Shown one piece after another: positions 51,080-64,000 of a stretch of 64,000 nt of DNA. The notes beneath the pieces were generated by a model that was not told the origin of the DNA, made no database searches, and saw nothing but the letters and a program-made list of their open reading frames with translations. The position numbers were made by a program, and so were the translations under genes. The DNA comes from Tubiluchus corallicola (lineage: Eukaryota; Animalia; Priapulida), in the NCBI GenBank assembly GCA_030141605.1, contig JAQGDQ010000301.1, positions 186,001-250,000 of the forward strand. Direction: 5' to 3'. Numbering within the stretch: the stretch's first letter is position 1; each line of letters begins with the position of its first letter.

Positions 51080-52160
51080 GCAGTACGAGCTGAACTTGGA
51101 CAGTACCTTTTAGGTATAGACGTAATACATAATGTAATACGTTACTGGATACAAATAATTAAGAAATCTAACACATCACTAATCAAACAGATTTACTCAA
51201 AGTGTTTAAGTCAACCCGGCAGTAATGTATCCAGCTGGGCAAAATTTGTAAAAAGTGTATTAAGCTTAACAGGTGTCGATCATGTATTGAAAGAATCAAG
51301 GAACTGTAAGTAGCAAACGTTTATTATACAGTGTTAAACAGAAACTCCAAATTATGCATCTCGAAAAATGGTGGGGAAGAAAAATTACCAGAACATGTAC
51401 TGCACTAATGACAACGATGAAAAAAATAAAGAAGTTACAGCTGGTTGTGCTGGTGTTAGGGTGCAAAAAAGGAAGATAAAAAATAATGGAATGATAGTGG
51501 AGAGTGCAGGAGATGGGAATTAGTAGGATTGGGTTAGTGAAATGATGTGAATGAGAATGAATATGAGATTTCTATTAGAACATCGCAAAAATATATCAAC
51601 ATTTATGAACAGATGTGCCAGTCTGTCGCTTACCGTTAATCTGAACACGCCTCATATACTATACAAGCTTAATCTTTAATATGAATTTAAGAGTGAAGTT
51701 TTCACACCCTTTTTGATTCTTGGTAACGACGAAATTGACTTAATAATTGTAGGTATTTTGTTCCACGTAATTACGAATTAGAAAATTGTTTGCAAATTAA
51801 TACCGTGACCCGCAATGTTAAAATTGCTTTCACAAAACTACTTATTAGAAACCCAAACAAGCAAGAAATAGAAGACGAAATACACATGCTCTTGTACTGT
51901 AGTAGATGTGAACAGCTTTTATACAGATATATTCATATATATATATATTCAAACTTTACTTACTTATCAGATGATGTCAAACTAACTATTATTAGGCCCA
52001 AACGAATCAAAAATACTCCAAATTACTTGTAATTTTGTTTTAAAATGTTTCAGTTTCCGGATGTAATTATTACAAATAAAAAAAAACTAACTATATATAT
52101 ATATATATATTTATTTATTTATTTATTTATATATATATATATGATATATATATGTGTGTA
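51080..52160 (+). mobile_element. LINE 3' remnant with TA-rich tail
   Basis: Fragments VRAELGQY, YWIQI, SWAKFVKSVL..TG and IEDEIHMLLYC (C-terminal E.E.H....C motif), then (TA)n/(TTTA)n. Confidence 0.6.
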
Positions 52161-52494
52161 TGTATGTATAACTAACATCATCAACTACCTTAAATTTGTG
52201 TTTAAGTATATTTACAACTTAAATATTGGTTTTATACATCAAAGTTTGGCGTTTTGTCTTTACTTTAAATTATTTTATTTAACTTGTATTATTGTGTTGT
52301 TATTAATGTAGTATATGTTGTATAGCGTTATATATGTATGTATTTATATTTTTGTGAATCAGTGTATGTTTTGTTTGAATAATAGTTATCCCACAAAACA
52401 TATAAATATTATCAAACTAAGATTCCCCAAAAGGCATCCAAATGTAGGTTTTCTTATATATTTTTTGACTTTTTAATGTCTAAGTCTTTTACAG

Positions 52495-52574
52495 CCAAAC
52501 ATGTCTGAAGGTCGAGGTATTAAGGTAATCAGCAGTTTGACAAAGGTGCCGGACGAAAAACAAGTTGTTCAAAG
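52495..52574 (+). CDS. TTLL4: TTLL4-like exon
   Basis: PNMSEGRGIKVI...VVQR (ATP-grasp glycine loop); acag/gtgagc boundaries. Confidence 0.88.
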
Positions 52575-52714
52575 GTGAGCATCCACCTTAACAAACAAAA
52601 AACTGTGATCTTTGATATGTTGATTTTGGTTAAATTTGACAGTTTGCTAACACGGTTTTCATCTGAACACATTGTCTTTTGCTACACTAATCACGTAGAT
52701 TATTTTATCAACAG

Positions 52715-52843
52715 GTACATATCGAGGCCATACCTTATCAAAGGGCGTAAATTTGATGTACGCATACACGTGTACGTGTCATCAATAGAACCTTTGAGGA
52801 TCTACCTGCACAATCTTGGAGTCGTCAGATTTGCCACAAAAAG
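52715..52843 (+). CDS. TTLL4: TTLL4-like exon
   Basis: YISRPYLIKGRKFDVRIHVYVSSIEPLRIYL...GVVRFAT. Confidence 0.92.
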
Positions 52844-53129
52844 GTGTGTTTACATTGTTCTACGATGACAAATGTTTGACATAATTGACAATATAACCTG
52901 ATATCTTCTCCTTTCTGTTTCTCATCTTTCAGCCTCGTTTTTTCATTTTGCAAGTCTATCATTTACGTAAGATTTTACACATGCAATAATAACATTCCAA
53001 GCTGTGGCAGGAAGATTAGTTTTCCTCTCTTTTTTGGGCTTTCTGTATGCAAAAACTGTTGACAGTGGTGTATCGATCAGGTACTCATTGTATGGTTTCT
53101 GAGACTGAACAGAGATAGAACAATCATAT

Positions 53130-54662
53130 TGCTTGGCTTCTGACTTTGGGCAAACAACCATACTGTTTGGTTTCTGAGATTGGATAGAGCAAGAACAATC
53201 TTATTGTTTGCTTCTTAGATTGGATAGAGCAAGAACAATCTTACTGTTTCTCTCTAAGATTGGATAGAGCAAGAACAATCTTATTGTTTGTTTCTGAGAA
53301 TGGGCAGAGCAAGAACAATCTTATTGTTTGTTTCTGAGATTGGGCAGGGCAAGAATAATCTTATTGTTTGCCTCTGAGATTGGATAGAGCAAGAACAATC
53401 TTATTGTTTGTTTCTGAGATTGGGCAGAGCAAGAATAATCTTATTGTTTGCCTCTGAGATTGGGTAGAGCAACAACAATCTTACTGTTTCTCTCTAAGAT
53501 TGGATAGAGCAAGAACAATCTTAATGTATGTCTCTGAGATTGGGTAGAGCAAGAACAATCTTATTGTTTGCCTCTGAGATTGGATAGAGCAAGAACAATC
53601 TTATTGTTTGTTTCTGAGATTGGGCAGAGCAAGAATAATCTTATTGTTTGCCTCTGAGATTGGGTAGAGCAATAGAGCAAGAAAAATCTTATTGTTTGTC
53701 TCTGAGATTGGATAGAGCAAGAACAATATTATTGTTTGGTTTCTGAGATTGGATAGAGCAAGAACAATCTTATTGTTTTCTTCTTAGATTGGATAGAGCA
53801 AGAACAATCTTACTGTTTCTCTCTAAGATTGGATAGAGCAAGAACAATCTTATTGTTTGTCTCTGAGATTGGATAGAGCAAGAATAATCTTATTGTTTGC
53901 CTCTGAGATTGGATAGAGCAAGAACAATCTTATTGTTTCTCTCTGAGATTGGATAGAGCAAGAACAATATTATTGTTTGTCTCTGAGATTGGATAGAGCA
54001 AGAACAATATTATTGTTTGTCTCTGAGATTGGATAGAGCAAGAACAATCTTATTGTTTGTCATGAGATTGGATATAGCAAGAACAATCTTATTGTTTGCT
54101 TCTTAGATTGGATAGAGCAAGAACAATCTTATTGTTTCTCTCTGAGATTGGATAGAGCAAGAACAATATTATTGTTTGTCTCTGAGATTGGATAGAGCAA
54201 GAACAATATTATTGTTTGTCTCTGAGATTGGATAGAGCAAGAACAATCTTATTGTTTGTCATGAGATTGGATATAGCAAGAACAATCTTATTGTTTGCTT
54301 CTTAGATTGGATAGAGCAAGAACAATCTTATTGTTTCTCTCTGAGATTGGATAGAGCAAGAACAATATTATTGTTTGTCTCTGAGATTGGATAGAGCAAG
54401 AACAATATTATTGTTTGTCTCTGAGATTGGATAGAGCAAGAACAATCTTATTGTTTGTCATGAGATTGGATATAGCAAGAACAATCTTATTGTTTGCTTC
54501 TTAGATTGGATAGAGCAAGAACAATCTTATTGTTTGTCATGAGATTGGATAGAGCAAGAACAATCTTATTGTTTATCTCTGAGATTGGGTAGAGCAAGAA
54601 CAATCTTATTGTTTATATCTGAGATTGGATAGAGCAAGAACAATCTTATTGTTTGTTTCTGG
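53130..54662. repeat. 39-41-bp tandem satellite, ~38 copies, intronic
   Basis: Unit gagattggatagagcaagaacaatcttattgtttgtctct. Confidence 0.95.
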
Positions 54663-54723
54663 GACGGCTTTCAATTCTTTCGTTGATGTTGTTGTTTTTG
54701 TTGTTATTGTTTGTGTTTTCCAG

Positions 54724-54846
54724 GTATCACAGAAGGATTAACAATTTAGATGATGCCTTCATGCATTTGACCAATATTGACATCAACCAACACAGTCCAA
54801 CTTATCACGAAAGGTTTACAAATATCGGAGAAGCAGCACACAAATG
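54724..54846 (+). CDS. TTLL4: TTLL4-like exon (followed by a GC-AG intron)
   Basis: FMHLTNIDIN...AHKW; the reading frame requires the donor at tg|gcaggt. Confidence 0.85.
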
Positions 54847-54995
54847 GCAGGTCTTTTTTGTTTAAATACAGCTCACTTATTTCAAATTTCGTTTCAGTTC
54901 ATGTCAACTAAAGTTGAAATTACAAAATTATTTCCATTCTTTTGTCCTTGCAAATTGTACTCATTATTGAGGTCTAGAATTTTAGGTATTTTTAG

Positions 54996-55094
54996 GACTT
55001 TGAAAACTTTATGGCGTTACCTTGAATCTCGAGGCATTCGTACGGACGTTATCTGGGAGGAAATTAAGGACCTAATCATAAAACATTTTCTAAG
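54996..55094 (+). CDS. TTLL4: TTLL4-like exon
   Basis: TLKTLWRYLESRGIRTDVIWEEIKDLIIK. Confidence 0.88.
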
Positions 55095-55500
55095 GTAATT
55101 CTTACTACGGAACTGCTAACTTGGACAAATTCAAAGTATTAAGCCTCCTCAACTGTCTAATCTATTACGTCATATTAATAAACTCGTTGTACAGTAGGAA
55201 ATTGGCAGTACATTTTTTACGTTTGGCTGCAGACTTTGCAAGCCTAGCCAGCGAATAACAGCATTTTGCATACTGCTACGTTGCTACACGTGCAAAGTGC
55301 AATATGAGTGCAATAAGTTTATACTGTTAAGATTGTAAAGTACTTAGTTCTTACATTTTTATATAGCTTACATGGAATGATAAAAAAATCTAAACTCTTG
55401 TTTTTAATTTTTGGTTGGCATATTGCAGGTCTTACAAAAACATGGCCTCTTACTTAATTAATAATTAACAGTTTCTAACCATTAGTACTTATTTTGCTAG

Positions 55501-55692
<192 letters not shown>

Positions 55693-56917
55693 TAACTTAA
55701 TCTTAATCTTTGTATTCGAGAAAAATAATTTATGACTGCGTCAAACTGACTAATGATTAAAACTTTGAACTTGTATTACTGGAGGTTCAAAATGGGTTCA
55801 GTGCCGCGCTGGACAATTTCATTTGCCATGTTGATTGTGGTTGTTTACATTACAGGGGAGGTTGTATTATTATTAACATCATCATATTATAATAACATCA
55901 ACATTATTAACAAAGTCAAGTTACATAAGTAGTTCAATTAAAAGCAATTAGTAGACTACTAGTAAAAGTAAAAATAAATATTAAACACTGAACAACAACA
56001 ACAACAAAAACAAGCACGGATATTATTTACATACAAGCAGACAAAACAATTAATTTAAAAACGCACCACATAGTCTAGCATTTCTCTCAATTGATACTTT
56101 GATGAAAATTAAATTCCGGTTTTCTACACAATCTTTTGCTAAGTTTGATATTGCTTGCTGTGTAGAATTTAAATTGCTTACTTTTACAATTTACGAGATA
56201 ATACATGAAAATATCTAAATGCATCTTCTAGAGTAACATTATTTTCTATAACAATTTTATACAATTTGAAACCCATTATTGATTTTACGTCATATAATGT
56301 ATGTTTGGCTATAAACTTAATTACCGAGTTACTACTATTTTTACATGCTACACAGAATTTAAGAAACCGTTTAGCAAAGTGTTTACTCGGCTAAACGGTA
56401 CCAGCAGCATGGGGCAAAATGAAAGTGTGAGCTCTATATGGCAGTTTCCATAACTTACGGATAGCGGTATTCCAAGCGGTACCAATAAAATGTATTTTCG
56501 AATTATTTAACCACCAACTCTGGCAACCATACTATCCTAAACAATATGTTTGAAGCAGTTTACATTTTAAGTCAGAACAAACAAATGAAAAGTTGGCACA
56601 TTACACAAGTGGCATGGTAAATGAAATCACAGCGTTTACTAAGAATATCAGCATCATCCGTTAAATATCCATCTAAACGTAGCTAGGAAATACTTGCTGG
56701 TTCAGTGGCTCATGTTAGATGATTATCCTTGATATTGAATCAGATCATGGTCATAAACATTCACACTGAGTAGACGAACTACTGAATGATAGATACGAAC
56801 ATCAGTCTGTCCAAATGTAAAAAAATGAAATGTTTTATAAACACAGTGATAAAATGATTGCTTAGAACTAATCTTTGTGTGAAAGTATATTCATTATTAT
56901 TGTTTTTTTTACTTTAG

Positions 56918-57025
56918 GTTGACTCTAAATCGATATTGTATAAGTTTTAGTGTGGCCCAAGATGCTTTTAACCTTGAGGGATATAAGGTACCAACAAGTT
57001 TGTCTAAACTGTCATCAGGACACAG
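56918..57025 (+). CDS. TTLL4: TTLL4-like exon
   Basis: LTLNRYCISFSVAQDAFNLEGYKVP parallels ...DLLNLAGFVLP; phase 2/2; ttttactttag/gtaaat boundaries. Confidence 0.72.
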
Positions 57026-57932
57026 GTAAATACAAACAGGTGTTATATGAATGGATTTCTGTTTCTGCCTCGCTTCCACTTATGGTATGTTGCTCCAAAC
57101 ACGAAAAAATGCAGCTTTTTCCATCACGTCGACTGGGGAGGTACTCATTACTCCATTAGCAACTTTTACTGCATGCTACAGGGTGTTTCAGAAACAGTGC
57201 AATAAGAAATGTTAAACCATACAAAGTTCAATAAATGTGTTCTCAATTAGTTCTTTCACTTAACTATTAATAACGCCGTTGTTAAGTTGGTAACGACTTT
57301 GTGAAACTAGCCCCAGATTTATTTTATCACATTTGCACTTTTCGGAAACCACTTCAGCTACGCACGCTACTCTTTTAGCTGCAAAAATCCAAGTGCAGTT
57401 TTAGTGAAAGAGGCAATGTTAGTGACGTGACTACATCTCTAGTGTAATCGGGCCAAAGCTTTCAATGTTATAAAACAAGCAGCCAATTGTAATATAGGTG
57501 TTAAGCAAAGGGGAATCTTGGCACCTGTGATTACTAATATCTCTCATTGTTTCGACATGATTTTGAAGATGTCATCGTATGTCAGCGTAGGCTTGGTGAG
57601 AGGACATTTAACTGTTACACGATATTTTAATCTGAAATTTTAAGATTGTCTATGCTGATAACCTATGCTTCTGAGGAAAGACTAACAAATCTACACAAGT
57701 ATAAGACACATTGGTGCAGAATCAGGTCAGATCTGGGCTTGGTGAAATAGCCAACACGGATATGTAGACTAAACGAATAATAACCCGCAGCCATAGGTGA
57801 TATTTGATATGTTTTAAAAACTTTCTTTAAACAGATATTGTTGGCCTTCCATCAGCACAATTATCTTATTGCAGTTACAACATGATATCGTGAGATTTTA
57901 TAAACTGTTGTAGTATTTAGTGTATTTTTCAG

Positions 57933-58053
57933 TGAATTGTTCCTGCGTGATGATGAAGAAGAAGGAACGAAGCCAACTTCCCTACGAAATTCTGCTCTTA
58001 CTGATGCTGAGAATGCAAAGCGCATTTACTTTACTACAAAAGCGTCAGATGAG
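57933..58053 (+). CDS. TTLL4: TTLL4-like exon
   Basis: Open in the required phase (…LTDAENAKRIYFTTKASDE); tttttcag/gtatgt boundaries. Confidence 0.75.
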
Positions 58054-58182
58054 GTATGTTCTTTAATGTATTATAATTGGGAATAAACCAAGCATTAAAA
58101 GGAAAAAGCAGTCACTTCTAAATACGACTATTTGGCCATCTACAATGTGACCAGTTCTGACCTTTTTGTCTCTACTCTTTAG

Positions 58183-58393
58183 GAAATACCAGAGCGTATT
58201 CTAGAAGTGCTCACATCAGCTGATGTACGTGAGCTGATAGAAATAGAAGATGAGTATCAGAGACGTGGAGATTTCCAGCGCATCTTTCCCAGTCTAACAT
58301 GTCATAAATATTTGAAATATTTCAAGAAAAAATGTTACGGTAATTTACTCCTCGATGCCTGGACCAGAAGATATCACAATAATCCTGAGGAAG
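58183..58393 (+). CDS. TTLL4: TTLL4-like exon
   Basis: ILEVLTSADVRELIEIEDEYQRRGDFQRIFPS...YLKYF parallels TTLL4 VLDVLTPDDVRILVEMEDEFSRRGQFERIFPS. Confidence 0.9.
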
Positions 58394-58423
58394 GTAATAG
58401 TGACGTAATGTCATAATAACAAT

Positions 58424-58557
58424 AGTAATAGTAATAGTGACAGTGACAGTGACAGTGACAGTGACAGTGACAGTGACAGTGACAGTGACAGTGACAGTAA
58501 CAGTAATTCTATAACTGTAACAACAACAACAACAATAATAATAACGACGACGACGAC
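58424..58557. repeat. (GTGACA)n plus (CAA)(TAA)(CGA) compound microsatellite
   Basis: Read directly from the sequence. Confidence 0.9.
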
Positions 58558-58904
58558 ACGTATTTTTTATAATTCTGATCACACACATTTTATTTAATAC
58601 AATTCCCCATACCAAAGCTTGAATTCCGCAGTTTTCGGCTGGGTTTACTTAAAGCACAAGAAAACCCTCAACTTACACAACAGGTAAAAAATCGTCTTGA
58701 AATTTTTTTATACCACTTACATACAGAATGCATATTAGACTTGCGTCGGCAATAACGCTGTATAAAACATGTAAATTTAGACTCCCGCGATGACCGTTAG
58801 ACGCAGCCATTTTAATGGTAGGTCGTTTGAAACAAGTCTTGATAACATTAAGTAAAGTTTGAACAAGAGCATTCGTAGCATACGTGTTGCTAATTAAGTA
58901 AAAT

Positions 58905-59297
58905 TTTAAATTACTGTATCTTGTCAATAAGATTAAAAAAGTGAGTGGCGCACCCTGGAGGGTGAATCAGCGACATTTTATGAATTGGCACAAACATTTT
59001 AAATTATTAGTCTAGTTAGATAAGTCTTTCCAGCAGGTAAATGAAATGCTAAGTAATATAGATTTGCACGGAATGTTTTCTTGGTCATAATTTAACATTG
59101 CCTTTTCTTCCCCTGATTTACCTGGCGTAGTGACGTCATGTAATGGCGCCGTCGGAATAGTATTGCGGGAGATTTAATATGAAAACAAACGAAAATTCCT
59201 TTCAACACGAGTACGATATGTGCATAAAATTGCTGTAAAGCAGTATAATTTCTAAGGCGATTTTCTGCAACCTACTTCAGGTGCCTTTTCTTGTCCT
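58905..59297 (-). mobile_element. Kolobok-like non-autonomous element, copy C
   Basis: Ends cttttcttgtcct|ttaa; reverse complement of 22138-22550. Confidence 0.7.
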
Positions 59298-60486
59298 TTA
59301 AAGCAAAAAAGGCCTTGTCTTAAACTGTAGGTCAAAACAACCTTTCTTTAAAATATTGAAAGGAAACATGCTTTTTTTTCAAAAATGACTTACGTGAAAG
59401 AATTATTACCACACAAACACAATTTCACGTTCGCGCCACTAGTTCTTCCCTGTTACATGCATTTCGCCATTCGCTAGTTAGATGGGCACTAGCGCCTGCA
59501 TTTCAGAAACGCACTGCACAAAAAACAGGTGCTGTACCTTTCAGCTGAGATGTGTTAGTTTGTGGTGAACTGCACACCAGCAGCACATGCGTGAGCACAG
59601 CGGTAAATTTGAAACTTGAATTTTTATCTTAAAACTTGTCTAGTTTTAGTACAACACACTGAATATCTCACAGTAGCACTGTACTTCAATTTTCGCTTTC
59701 GCAAACACGTGCAACATGGAATATTTTTGTTGTCGAAATTTATGTTAGTTTGTGATGTCATCAATAGTTGGCCTCGCCCGGCGTTAATTAAGTTTTTAAT
59801 CTATTATTTAATTATCAGAAACGCTTTTACATTTATTGTGTTAAAGTGTAATCCTTTTATCGTACTTGCAAATGGGGTAATATATGAAAAATCATTCTGT
59901 CTTCCTTTCGTGTTTGTCTTACAACTACAGATGTGTTACATTCCAAACCTGACAGGCACAGAGATGTCTAAAAATTTCATTTCTGATAAGAAAAGCCATA
60001 TCTATTTCACTGCAACGAACCATTCCAAATTAATATAAAGTCTTAATAGTACTTTTTATTGTTGTCGTCATCGTCACTGTCAAGGTTAATGAAGCCATCC
60101 TTTTTCGTTATTAAAATACAGGACTAAATGCAGATGGTGGGTCAATCCTGTGGTGTAGTTCTGTAATGAGAACCCTTTCTCAAAACGCGTGACGTAAGTA
60201 TGACGTCACGCAAGTATTTAAGAGTTAACCACACGCCCTATCCGGTGGCGGGTGCAGATCTCACCATCCTTGTTGTCACCACGCTTGTATATATGCTACG
60301 CTTATTTTATTTTATTAGTAAACCGCAGTGCTGTTACTTATACCAACATCAGGGTTACCTTACTAAAATTGAAATCTGATTTATGAGGTCACGCCCATCA
60401 CTACATTTCAACGAGTCTGCATTTGCGATTAGCGCTTCCTTAGGCGAATGAGATTTACTACAAAAGATTTTCTCATAATTTTCTAG

Positions 60487-60626
60487 GCTGGAAGGTTCTG
60501 GAAACACTTCACAAAGAGCAGCAGCACCACCTACAAAATCCTCAAACGATTCAGTATTGGAGTGACAGTGTAAGAGAAACAGAATGCATTTCGTGTGAAT
60601 CTTCTCTAAAGTGTGCGAAGGCCTGA
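60487..60626 (+). CDS. TTLL4: TTLL4-like probable last coding exon
   Basis: ttttctag acceptor, phase 1; GWKVLETLHKEQQHHLQNPQTIQYWS...* resembles TTLL4 G..LL...H......WS. Confidence 0.65.
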
Positions 60627-62933
60627 CGATATTCATTTTGAAATTATTTTGGGGGAAGAAAAGGGAATTGTGCCGACTTTCATTTTCACCCTGTTTTTGG
60701 AGGAAGAAAAGGGAATCTTACGACATTCATTTTTGCCGTTTTGTGGGTGGAAAAGGGAATCTGAAAGTATGTCCTAAACTTTCCATACAGAGTTATATTA
60801 CTCAGCATTGCGAAAGATTTGTGTAACTGGAAAAGAAAATTCTTAACAATTTATAATAATCGTGCCACCTGAAAAAATAACGAAGCACCACCTTCCCAGC
60901 GTGCACCACTGGCTCACCAAAAAATATACGTGATTGATCTTATTGACAATATAAAGTAATTTAAACTTTTGCTGACTTAGTGGAGAGTGTGATGCGAAGG
61001 CTCTGATTTTTTTTTCTAACTTTACGCCATGTTACCTAAACTTGTTTTAGACAACTTACCGTTAAAATGATTGTGCTTAATCTTCAACGGAGTTTAAATT
61101 TATAATTTTGCATGCAAATAAGACAGCATATGAGTGATGCCAATTTTTAAGCTGTATTTGTGAAGAATATTTTCTTGTACTTTAAACAATTCTTATTTAT
61201 TGCTAACTTTAACTGTTTGACTCTCACAAGTACTCCCTGTCGTTTTCCCATTTCAGCAAAGTAAGACACTGTGGCGCCGCCTGTATTTTACTTTAGCACC
61301 TTTCTCTCGTCCAGCCCGGAAATAATCATTCAACTTTGCATAATGTAGTTGAGATATTTTCCTGTATAACTGTTTTCCTGTTTTGTATAGCTAGAATAGT
61401 ATGCAAAACATTTCCTATACATTGCTGGCTTTGTTATACGAATCTACCATTCATTACATTCATTACATCATTCCATTTTAAGCACTAATGTGTTTTTTTT
61501 ATCACGATTCACTTTACAATTTCAGATTGTCTCCATTATTTTTTTTTCTATCACTGTGAGGGACAATCTAACAAGCCCTGCTTTTTGATTGCCCGCAACA
61601 CATTTACCTTCGTGTATAAATGAACAGTGTTTGAGGCTTTTCCTGTGCAGTATTTCTTATTTGTATTATATCCATTGTAGGCCCTTTCACTAGATATTGT
61701 ACATGAAACTAATGTAAATGTGTAAGGTGAAACAAATGACTAATGGCTAAAAATGACTACCATATGAAAGTTGAAATGAATGGTGACATTGTTCTCTTTA
61801 TGCACGGTTGAGCAGGACCCGAGTCACGTAGTCAGTCTGGGTTAAGATGGCGAAGCTGTTTGTTTGTATATTTGGCCTGAGATTATCGAACGTGAAATTG
61901 AACTTTACTACTTTGCTAAACACGCTATTGAAAAAATGTTGGGTTGGAAATTACCATATTAGTCTGGTGTTTTGCCTAATGCCTGACGACTTTGGAAGTG
62001 CACTTGCTACATGACAAAAGTTTGTTGGAGGAGCTAAAGCACCGTTGGCTGTACCATTGTGGAAGTTAGCTGGTTGGCAGCAGACTGGTTATAGTGATGG
62101 TTAAGGAGTCATGGTTCGAGGCGGTCTGGTCCGTGGTATTTGAAGTCTAAGCCAGGCTGGCTTCTGGAGTGGACTTAGCCAATAGACAATGGTCATGGTG
62201 ATGACGTGGTTATGGTGATGGTGGAGATCGATAGTTCATGGTAATGGTTAAGCGGAGACAGAGATGGTAGCACGTCCGGACATTGCAAATGGCTCTAGTT
62301 GATAACCGATCTGGATTGGTAACGGTACCAATTTAATATATGCTAAACGGGCCCATTTGTTGTATATGAATTGGCAAATTTATTAACACGTTATAAGTAA
62401 AATTTGCTGGTTTGTTTCTCTTTGGAATTTAATTAATTTTTGCACAACGAGTCTTTGGCCACTAATGAAACTGCAATTACGTAGCACATTCGGGGGAACT
62501 ACATGCCTCGCCCTGGAAAAATTTAGGCTGTGACTTCAGTCCTTTACGACACAATGAAATGCAGCGAGCATAATTAAAATAATGAACATAATTAACAGTT
62601 ATAATGCAATTAACGTATACTAACAAATAAAGGCAACGAGCATCTGTAATAAACATAATTACAAGATTACTGAATTTCGCACTCTAAACGGGGTTCGGGC
62701 ATATACCAAAAGCTTTATGAAGTCTAGCATATTTAAAAAAATAAAAATAAAACACTAAAACTAACTATCTAGACAAAAAGGAGTTTTTTGGTAGTTACAT
62801 AATATATACATACTCTTACATTGTATTTTTCCATATTTAATTTAAGCGGTAATTTTTTGTTAAAATAATTACAGAAAACACAATCTCATCACCAACAGTC
62901 AATTTATACAGTGGCGAAAGACGATAAGAATTC

Positions 62934-62981
<48 letters not shown>

Positions 62982-63186
62982 GTTTATTTTAAGTCGTCTT
63001 TTAGGATGAACAATTAACATAAGCTTCAAAGAGCTTTTGAACCGACCCTAAACAACTAGGGAGAGAGACTGTTATTACCCCCACTTTTATTCTAAATGCC
63101 ACGCGCCAGGCAGGGCAACAGCAGGTGCCATTTTAAAGCCTTTGGTATGACCCGGCCGTTGTATCGAACTCACGACCTCCCAGACG
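62934..63186 (-). mobile_element. tRNA-derived SINE (5'-truncated) with (ATT)n tail
   Basis: Minus strand: B-box-like gagttcgatac, then ggtcataccaaaggctttaaaatggcacctgctg...gcctggc (resembles the Meta-SINE central domain as recalled), ending in (tta)n. Confidence 0.7.
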
Positions 63187-63806
63187 GAAAAATCATCCGA
63201 AACTAGATTTGCAAACGCATTTCAAGCATTATCTCGGCTAGAGAAAACACTCCGAATCTAACGTAGGCAGTGTGCTAATAAAATTACTTCTTTTGGTGTG
63301 ATCTACTGATGTATGTTCAAATAATAAATGATGTTCAGACTGAGGCCTTGTTAAGCAATTACATGTACTATTACGAGCAGGGTCCTAAAAATACCTTAAA
63401 ATTTCACTGCTTAAGTAATAAACTGAACTCTTAATTTAACATTTCTAATTTTCTCTTGACAAGGAATTGCATGAGAATATTAACAACTATGATCGGGTTG
63501 ATACTCGAATTTCCACATTGATACTTGTGGCGACATCTATTTGCCCACATATGCAACACATACCTGTCAATGTCACTTTTCTTGTATTGAATCGTAGGTG
63601 GTGGTAAAGACGCTTTATCCATGTTACGCCACCTTATATCTTTACTGATTTTAAAAATTCGCCTGAAAAGGCTAGCAATTGAAGTAAAAACTATTTATCA
63701 AGTTTAATTCGGACGATTAGTTACACTCAATGTCATTTTAATTTGCTGTCCAAAATATACATTTTCTTGCCTATAAAAGTTAGCAATTCTTTCCAATGTT
63801 TGAATA

Positions 63807-63820
63807 ATTACCTTGGCAAC
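63807..63820. promoter_or_regulatory. Candidate RFX X-box in a putative promoter
   Basis: attaccttggcaac (minus: gttgccaaggtaat) is close to GTTGCCATGGCAAC; a CRE-like tgcgtca and CpG-richer sequence lie nearby. Confidence 0.35.
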
Positions 63821-64000
63821 CAAACAGTTATCGCTTGCGTCACTAACCAACAACAGTTCAATGATAGGTATTTTCCCTGCGCCTCAATCGCGTTTGCGTA
63901 AGCGAAGATTGTTATAGGACGCTGATTTGATACCACGAAAATGAGCTCTACTGATGATCATACTGATGTCACAGACGAACACCGAAGTTCATGATCATGC

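Noticed and set aside
59931-59971. Alternative terminal exon for the TTLL4-like gene (DVLHSKPDRHRDV*)
   Set aside because: The phase fits but there is no family similarity; 60487-60626 matches TTLL4 better.
61800-62340. GC-richer tract with tgg/atgg repeats as a coding exon
   Set aside because: No ORF of 60 aa or more in the track and no recognisable motif; probably repeat-derived.
63945-63985. ctgatga...gaaac as a hammerhead ribozyme core
   Set aside because: No convincing stem II or stem I pairing.

Overview
AT-rich, repeat-dense genomic DNA of an invertebrate animal (spliceosomal introns, TTAGGG-like repeats, metazoan transposon families). Four host genes can be reconstructed by hand. 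(1) A single-coding-exon GT14 protein O-xylosyltransferase (XYLT/oxt)-like gene (+, 12923-16420) with an atypical layout: N-terminal SUEL-type lectin module, GT14 and Xylo_C domains, an acidic stalk and two C-terminal hydrophobic helices. (2) A 6-coding-exon DIPK1/FAM69-like secretory-pathway kinase-fold gene (-, 27998-17176), tail-to-tail with the first. (3) An intronless GT8 glucoside xylosyltransferase (GXYLT)-like gene (-, 36945-35788). (4) A TTLL4-like tubulin glutamylase gene of at least 13 exons (+, 43380-60626; 5' end unresolved) with a GC-AG intron and substitutions in glutamate-recognition motifs. The rest is nested transposon debris (a TIR element, hAT, BEL/Pao, Kolobok-like MITEs, CR1/RTE-type LINEs, a tRNA-SINE) and several satellites, including a 97-bp array derived from LINE coding sequence and a telomere-derived 28/29-bp array. 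All family assignments come from motif recognition and recalled alignments, not database searches.
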